Below are positions 56,645 to 64,000 of a stretch of DNA of 64,000 nt, piece by piece; position 1 is the stretch's first letter, and the number at the start of each line of letters is the position of its first letter. The DNA comes from Sporopachydermia quercuum (lineage: Eukaryota). A model generated the notes under the pieces. It ran no database searches and was not told the DNA's origin. It worked only from the letters and a program-made list of their open reading frames with translations. A program made the position numbers and the translations under genes. The stretch lies in the NCBI GenBank assembly GCA_001599295.1, contig BCGN01000001.1, positions 2,108,001 through 2,172,000 of the forward strand, read 5' to 3'.

Positions 56645-59166
56645 GGTTTGAGAGAANGCATGAGAGAAAAAGAGTTCCAAAAATAGGGAATTAATTCTTA
56701 AAAGAGGAGAAAATGAGAGCTTTTGGAGTTTAAATGTTAGATAATCGTTTATTATTTCGAGGAAGAAAATAATAATGATTGTTCAATGGGTTGAGGAGAA
56801 GTAATAGAGTAAAAACAGAGATGTCGAGTGATTATATGACAGTTGCAGGCGAATCAACTACTAACTGTGGTATAATGAATGAATTCGTGAGCATTTTTCA
56901 TGATATCTCCGATCACTATGGTAATGCTGACTGCTTTCAGAGTTAGCTGACACTGAAATGTCATGTTTAAGACACATAAGAATAGAAAAGCATCACATAG
57001 AAGTAGCCAACGACAGACATACAGACAACTTGTCTAGTCAATGATAATGTATATAAATAGGAAATGATGTTCGAACCAGGTTGAAAAAGGAATATTTAGA
57101 CAGATTTAGTATGTAGAACGGAGCGAATAAGAATGTATTATAATTATTGATTATGTAATATTAAATAACTCCCCCACTACTTGTTATACTCATACTGGAT
57201 ATGGGACGAGATGTTGAGAGGAAACTTGATGATATCGGGATAGTAGGACAAAACACTGAGAATACTAATGAGGATCATGATTCATAAACGAGTTATAATA
57301 GTATAGAAGGGGAGAGTAGTTCGAAATTTAGACTGAGCTAAAAAGAGTCAAACTTTTGGTTCTGACATTGTTTGTTCTATCATTCATTTAGCACAGTTTG
57401 GCGATTACAATGAAGTTAAATGCCAAGTGAAACAATAGGATAAGCCAATTGAGTTTGTGTTCGGACGCATAAAAATGCACTGTTGGATAATATATTTGAA
57501 TAAAGCAAACCTTATATGATTGTCATAAGTTAATATGAAAAATCAAGTGACTAAAATGATAACTCAATGTTTCCTGTTATGAAAAGTACAAAATATCTTT
57601 ACTTGTATAAAGTTGATACAAGTCCTTGTTTTGAAATAATAACCATATAAAATTATATGTTGTTCTTCTTTGTAAATAATACAAGACCCCATCGCATGTA
57701 ACCTTATAGTCTATCTATCACCCTAACTTCATTGTTCTGGTTGTATGACAACCTGACAACATTATCATTGTTGCAAATATTATTCTTCAGTAGAACATTC
57801 CACAAATTCTCCATTAAACTAAATATTATCGATTAGAACTGCAAAACAAAGTATATTACGCAACGATTATTCTATTGTTACGTTGATATCAACAATTTAC
57901 ATATGACCAATGTTAATTAGATGTGAGTTCACACAGTTAACCCTTCCGCTCCTTCTATGAGACCCAACAATACATATAACCTACAATGACATATTACCCT
58001 ACAGTCATGTCACACATGGTCGATGACATCCGCCAACCTTCCCATAGTGAAATGTCCATTTACTTTCCTCATATATCATCCAGAATACATTGCTCTTTAT
58101 TATGTCAATCAATTACTTGATCGAGAATTTGCTTTTTGAGCGTCATATTGAGGACAATACAAATCACCATATCACCAGGTCACTAATGGTGATCGTGTGC
58201 AGCACATGGCATCTAACAGCAGCCTGCATAAGATAACGCATTATAAGCAAAGTATCGCATCAATTGAGTTTCTCCTGAAATAATCTAAGGACGATCTACC
58301 TACCTCATTGAAACTAGTGGAAATGAGTCCGAAGTGTCACTTAAGATTAGCAATGAATACATNAAATATAAGCCAAAAAATAAAATAAAATAGTAAAAAG
58401 AATGTTTATAAATATGAATTATAAATGTTTCAAGCTTGGAAAAGAGGAAAGTTAATAGGAAACAACTGAGAGTTCTGTAGTTCCGACTTTTTTTCATTTT
58501 GCCGGATCACTGCGGAATCTAATAAGCTTTGAAATTGAGTTTGAAATGGTTATTAAAGTTTGCTTTGATCAGACTTTTGCCAATTAATTGTGTGACACTA
58601 CAGAATAGTGCATTTAAATGCATATGCATCAAAACCTCATCCTGATGAGCTCTATATATATCAATAAGAGTAGTATGTACAATGAGTTCCGCTTCGAATA
58701 TTCAAACAGAAATAAAATGGGCAATAATATTTACCCTTAAGTATCAATATAAATCATTATGAATTGACCTCCAAATCACCCATACATCACAGTTTTACCA
58801 CCAAATATCTTGCTCCACTATCTCTAGAAACAGCCCCCAAATACTACTTTCTTCCAACTTTAATCCCCTTATTCTCATTAACTTTAAGTCTTATGCTGTA
58901 CGTTTATGCCGTCCTTGTTCATCTCACTGAAACTTTATTTCTATCACATTTCTACCATTTAAAACCACCTCATTCTCCTCTTGATGATTACTTCTCCTTG
59001 TTCCATAGACATTCAAAAAAATGTGAATTATAACAATTGATCTATTGAACTACAGTAAGAATTGATCAATTGAATTGTTCGTTCATAACATTGTAAAACT
59101 TGCAACGTTGAAAAAGAATATTGTTATTCACAACATAGCCATAACCATTTACCATAACCATTGAAA

Positions 59167-60414
59167 ATGTCTCTCGCCAATAAATTATCAGTTAAAGATT
59201 TAGACGTCAAGGACAAGAAAGTCTTCATTAGAGTTGACTTCAACGTTCCTTTAGATGGTAAAACTATCACCAACAACCAAAGAATTGTTGCTGCCTTACC
59301 AACTATTAAATACGTATTAGAACAAAAGCCAAAGGTTGTTATCTTGGCTTCACATTTAGGTAGACCAAATGGAGAAGTTAATGAGAAGTATTCTTTGAAG
59401 CCTGTTGCTGATGAGTTGAGTAAATTGCTGTCAAAACCTGTCACTTTCTTACCTGATGCTGTTGGAGAAGCAACTGAGAAGTACGTCGCTAATGCTAAAG
59501 ATGGTGAACTTATCTTATTAGAAAATCTCCGTTTCCATATCGAAGAAGAAGGATCTCAAAAGAAGGATGGTGTTAAAGTGAAAGCTGACAAACAAGCCGT
59601 TGCTAAATTCAGAGCTTCTTTAACATCCTTAGCTGACGTCTATATTAATGATGCCTTTGGAACTGCTCATAGAGCTCACTCTTCTATGGTTGGTTTTGAT
59701 CTTCCTCAAAGAGCTGCTGGTTTCCTTATGGCCAAAGAATTAGAATATTTCTCTAAGGCTTTAGAAAATCCTGTTAGACCTTTCTTAGCTATTTTGGGTG
59801 GTGCAAAAGTCTCTGATAAGATTCAATTGATTGATAACTTGTTAACTAAGGTTGATTCTTTGATCATAGGCGGTGGTATGGCTTTCACTTTCAAGAAGAC
59901 ATTAGATAATGTTGCTATCGGTAACTCATTATTTGATGAAGAAGGAGCTAAGATTGTTGGCAGTTTGATTGAAAAGGCAAAGGCTAATAACGTCAAGGTT
60001 GTTCTACCTGTTGATTATGTTATTGCTGATTCTTTCTCCAAGGATGCTGCTTTCAAGACTGTTACTGATGCTGAAGGAATTCCTGATGGATGGTCAGGTT
60101 TGGATATTGGACCAAAATCAATTGAATTATTTAAAGCAGCTATTGCTGAAGCTAAAACTACTGTGTGGAATGGACCACCAGGTGTTTTTGAATTTGATAA
60201 TTTTGCTACTGGAACTAAGGCTGTCTTAGATGCTGTTGTTGATAACGCCTCTAAAGGTGGTGTTGTTATCATTGGTGGTGGTGATACTGCTACTGTCGCT
60301 AAAAAATATGGTGCTACTGACAAAGTTTCTCATGTTTCCACTGGTGGTGGTGCCTCTTTGGAATTGTTAGAAGGTAAGGCTCTTCCTGGTGTTGTTTACC
60401 TCTCTGATAAATAG
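59167..60414 (+). CDS. PGK1: 3-phosphoglycerate kinase
   Basis: [12 protein letters not shown]...[10 protein letters not shown]...[15 protein letters not shown]...[18 protein letters not shown], with strong codon bias. Confidence 0.99.
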   Translation: MSLANKLSVKDLDVKDKKVFIRVDFNVPLDGKTITNNQRIVAALPTIKYVLEQKPKVVILASHLGRPNGEVNEKYSLKPVADELSKLLSKPVTFLPDAVGEATEKYVANAKDGELILLENLRFHIEEEGSQKKDGVKVKADKQAVAKFRASLTSLADVYINDAFGTAHRAHSSMVGFDLPQRAAGFLMAKELEYFSKALENPVRPFLAILGGAKVSDKIQLIDNLLTKVDSLIIGGGMAFTFKKTLDNVAIGNSLFDEEGAKIVGSLIEKAKANNVKVVLPVDYVIADSFSKDAAFKTVTDAEGIPDGWSGLDIGPKSIELFKAAIAEAKTTVWNGPPGVFEFDNFATGTKAVLDAVVDNASKGGVVIIGGGDTATVAKKYGATDKVSHVSTGGGASLELLEGKALPGVVYLSDK

Positions 60415-61925
60415 ATTTCATTCTGAGTAACGAGGCAGGATGACACAAGATGAATTGCTGAGTTGATTTCAATAGCAAAGGTGTTGAATTAATAATAATA
60501 GTAATAAGAGTGATACTTTATTTGAGCTATATTAAATAGGGCGTATTGTAGAGAAATTGTATGATAAGTTATCGTGATCTTTTTTTTTCTTTGGTTTGCT
60601 AATTACAGTTCCGCATTCAGATACAGATAATATAAGATATGTGAATGTCGGAAGCAACATAAGAAACAGCGCAAGAAGCGATGTAATAGTGCGTAAGCTG
60701 TAATACATATAAGGAGTTTTGGATCTCTTCAATTTTNGTGAATGAGTTATTTCTTTTATTTTTGTTGTATTTTGCGTTTAATGATTGTTTTTTTTCTTTT
60801 GTTTTTTTCTCTGGAACCTTTTACTACAAGCTGGCTGTTTATTAATAATTACCTATTTACGTAATTTGTACTATTTACTTACATATTTCGTTATTTCTAC
60901 ATATTGACTGACAAAGCNCGATGTTCAAAATAATAATCTTTCACTTAATAGGATGCCATGACTAGTTTGCAATGAATAGAGTAGCTCCTAAGTTCACTTA
61001 GATTCATTCTTGTTCCCACTGATAAATCAATTTGTTTAGTTTAGCTAAGAGTTATCTATCACTGGTTAATTGCTGTCTTCTTTGCTTTTCAATGAGTGGG
61101 GTTCTATTACCAGTACGAACAGTTTTACTTTGGTTATCTTCTGTACAGATAATTGACAATTTGATGATGAAAGAATCAAAGGAATGGAACAGATATGTTG
61201 AATTACTATAGTCCGAATGTTAAGCGATAATTATCGGTTGCAAATGGATACACTTCAATAGCTGACCCTCGTCTCCGATATACTTTGATTGGTCGATCAG
61301 AATTTGGATAAACGAAGAAAAAGAATGGGATACAACGCAATGAAAAAACGGGTCATATTATTTGTTGATCGATGAGCTCATAGTGAAACAATAGCAAATG
61401 AAAATAATCGATTTTCTTCAGAAAATTGAACAAAGCTAGAATGATAGTAATGTTACTTCAATGGCAGGGCATAATGATTGAAAAGGATTGAATGAGTAGT
61501 ATGTTCATCATGCTGTTGATGAGCTATCTCTGAAAGAACAACTTGTTATAGCAACACGCTAACCGTTGTATGAAATGCTGATAAAAAAGGTTGTGTGTTT
61601 TTGAGTATCTGTGTGGTTGTGCAGCACGCAATATTTAGATACCCAGAATGAAACACCTCGAGTATATTGATGTCATAATGGAAGCAAAACCTCATCGACT
61701 GAAAGGAATATTATAGTAAATATTGAAATCAATTGATTGTTTTTATGCATTCACATCATTTTCATTTTATCCAATCCCATCCAGTCTCATATTTCATTTG
61801 CCCATTCGCACTCTCTCAATATCTACAATCCAAAGACCATAAACCAATATATGACTATATTCATTATGCTATTCTTAAACAAAACATGACTTTAAACCCC
61901 CTTAATGTGAACCAAAAGAAACAAT

Positions 61926-62349
61926 TTATTTAGTGATATCATTACGTTGATAAAATAAGTAACCTTGAATTCTGTGGTCTGGTAACATATCTAGATACTT
62001 CTCAGCTAGATCTTTGCACTTCTCTTGTTGATTGGCACCATGATGTTTGAAGCATTTGCCTAAAGCTCTTCTACAAGTTTTCAATGCTTGGATTCTGATG
62101 AATTGTTCTCTTAATAAAGCCTGCTGAGCTTTTCGTACCTGTGCAGGATCCTCGTAGTCGATTTCAGTGAATGACACAAGGTCAGATGCTTTGGTTTCGG
62201 CAGCTATAAAATGAATGTTAGCACTGGAGAACATATCGACACTACATTCACAGATATTCATATAATATCAGGCTTGAGGATCAAAATCAACTATTGGTCT
62301 ATTTTTATACCCCAACTACTAATGGCCAAGCTCAGTAATACTTACCCAT
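61926..62349 (-). CDS. NDUFB10: complex I accessory subunit NDUFB10/PDSW (fungal 12-kDa, NIDM-like); exons 62349-62346 and 62203-61926, 93 aa
   Basis: ATGG|gtaagt...tgctaac...tag|CT gives MAAETKASDLVSFTEIDYEDP...LLREQFIRIQALKTCRRALGKCFKHHGANQQEKCKDLAEKYLDML. Confidence 0.88.
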
Positions 62350-62987
62350 GGTTGTTATGGATATCAAACGAAATGTAGTGCAGTCAAAGAGATGCTTGTG
62401 TTGATAGCACGTTGATATGTCCCGGTTTTGTTTATAATGGTGGTCAATGCTGGTAGTGAAATGATAACATTGTTTGTGATAATTAAACTATTAACTTCTG
62501 TGATAGTATACTGTGGTTTGGTTAGTTATGGTGGAAATTTTATTGGTTAAGCGAAGAGGATGAACACCCGAACATCGTAGAAACTTCGAATGCAGATACT
62601 GCATACTTATGCATGAAAGTGAGTCAAAGCTTGTTTGAAAATATGCATACTGCGTCAAGTAGGAGATCATTGCTAAGCTAAAGGTAGTTCACTGATTCTA
62701 TTTGTAAATTACAACTAAATGACAGTATAGGTACGAAAATCAAGAGGTAGATGGTTTCTTGGTCTATAGAATTGAGTAATAGTAAAAAATATGGCGATAC
62801 ATTAGAAAAAACCTGCATCTATCTGTAAGTTATCCATAATTACACATAACTGTTTAACCTTATTTGTAAAGGTTGAACATAAACTTACTGGTGTATGAAG
62901 AAGTGCTATTCATCAGTATGATAAGCAAAAGCATACTAAGTCAAAGCATTCACCATGTTATTTCCAAGTAATAGAAGAATTTTTCAA

Positions 62988-64000
62988 TCACCATCGAACC
63001 GTAACCGCATGACTTCCCAACAATTGACTGATCTGCTTGCTATCTATGTAGTCCTCCTTCCTTACGGTTTCGGCTAGAATTAACTTTATGTCTTTCTCAA
63101 TGGTATCCTTCTCTTCATCACTTCTGTTTGTTATGTAGCTTCTTGATTGCCAGTAAGGATAAACCCTATCGTAATTCATTGCATCTCTTCTTACTGAAAA
63201 TACCTCCTTCACTTTACCACCACTGGCATCAAGTACACCTCTCCATTTGGCATCTCTATATTGTGGAACCCCTCTATCTAATTGATAAGCATACTTCGTA
63301 ACATCTCTACACCAAGGAACCAATTCAAACATTTCTTTGATAGTCAAGTATGGCAATCGACCTAATTGAGCAGTCAACTCATGGTTACTATTCACATTCT
63401 CAATCACATCATCAGTTAGATTATTGATTTGTGTACCAACTATCTTTTCAAATTCTCGCGACAGTATGTCGGATCCTTGTTTGTCCAATTGCAAAACAAC
63501 ATCAACAAAATAATCACTTTCAAACTCCCTGTCGCTGAGTTTCTTCAGCTTGAGTTCTTTTCTCAGTTGCGAGCCACTAACATAATCAAAATTCCATATA
63601 AAACCTATAGTGCCATTGGGTTTCAACACTTTCTTCATTTCTTCGATCGATTTCGCTTCAGCAAACCAATGAAATGCTTGTGCTATCACAATAGCATCAA
63701 ATAATCCTAAGTTCATACTTGACAGTTTATCACAGGATCCCAGTATAGCCGGGATTTCTGGAAATCGCTTTTGAAAAGATTCTATCATTCCTCCTGATGG
63801 ATCGACCACAGTTATGTTTTTCAACCCTCGAGAAGCAAGTACCTTAGTAAATTTACCAGTTCCAGAACCTATTTCCAGTACTCTTGATTCAACTCCTATG
63901 TTCAATTGATTGAAAAATGTTTCAATCAAAGGACCTGAAAACTCAGGTCTGACTTGATCATATAAATTATGGTTCTCATTGAATGCTGATACAGCATAGG
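62988..64000 (-). CDS. class I SAM-dependent methyltransferase (Methyltransf_11-like), 5'-truncated
   Basis: The frame stays open to the window edge (YAVSAFNENHNLYDQVRPEF) and carries VLEIGSGTGKFT, AQAFHWF, VLKPNGTIGFIWN and VPQYR...W. Confidence 0.88.
   Translation of the reverse strand, partial: YAVSAFNENHNLYDQVRPEFSGPLIETFFNQLNIGVESRVLEIGSGTGKFTKVLASRGLKNITVVDPSGGMIESFQKRFPEIPAILGSCDKLSSMNLGLFDAIVIAQAFHWFAEAKSIEEMKKVLKPNGTIGFIWNFDYVSGSQLRKELKLKKLSDREFESDYFVDVVLQLDKQGSDILSREFEKIVGTQINNLTDDVIENVNSNHELTAQLGRLPYLTIKEMFELVPWCRDVTKYAYQLDRGVPQYRDAKWRGVLDASGGKVKEVFSVRRDAMNYDRVYPYWQSRSYITNRSDEEKDTIEKDIKLILAETVRKEDYIDSKQISQLLGSHAVTVRW

Noticed and set aside
58642..58690. CTGATGA as a hammerhead ribozyme core upstream of PGK1
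   Set aside because: No stem II followed by GAAA and no flanking stems.
1308..63704. Many short or antisense ORFs in the supplied track
   Set aside because: They are shadows of real genes or low-complexity DNA, often begin at non-ATG codons, and show no motifs.
1..64000. tRNA, rRNA, CRISPR array, LTR pair or intact transposon
   Set aside because: No cloverleaf with A/B boxes, repeat-spacer array, long direct repeat or intact RT/integrase/transposase ORF was seen by eye. Solo LTRs and snoRNAs cannot be excluded without a search.

Overview
AT-rich, gene-sparse window from a budding yeast (Saccharomycotina) nuclear genome, with about 16 intact genes in 64 kb. The lineage keeps respiratory complex I (NDUFB10 present) and has GTAAGT/GTATGT...CTAAC...YAG/AAG introns. 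It reads CUG as Leu, since CTG falls at conserved Leu positions of SDS22 and PGK1, so it is probably neither Saccharomycetaceae nor a CUG-Ser/Ala clade. Gene order: DCK1 (5'-truncated), ACP1, SDS22 (1 intron), FCR1-like Zn2Cys6, a 153-aa orphan, RUS1/DUF647, an RGS protein, a MetR/Met4-type bZIP, an ACOT9-like thioesterase, KEX1, SEF1, TGL1, a 3-exon C2H2/fungal-TF-domain gene, PGK1, NDUFB10 (4-nt first exon) and a 5'-truncated SAM methyltransferase. Two multi-kb decayed orphan genes (25.5-28.0 kb and 35.0-38.5 kb) and a weaker minus-strand relic with faint hAT-like motifs (23.2-24.9 kb) fill the large gaps. The main unexplained signal is compositional: islands of CGGA/TCCG alternate with CpG-free stretches, in genes and between them, and are coupled to repeated G-rich to C-rich strand-skew switches. 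Also seen are a perfect 30-bp intronic palindrome, a probable heterozygous template-switch micro-inversion and a roughly 10-kb tract with no ambiguous bases. No tRNA, rRNA, CRISPR array or intact transposon was recognised. All counts are by eye and all homology calls are from memory of motifs, not from searches.
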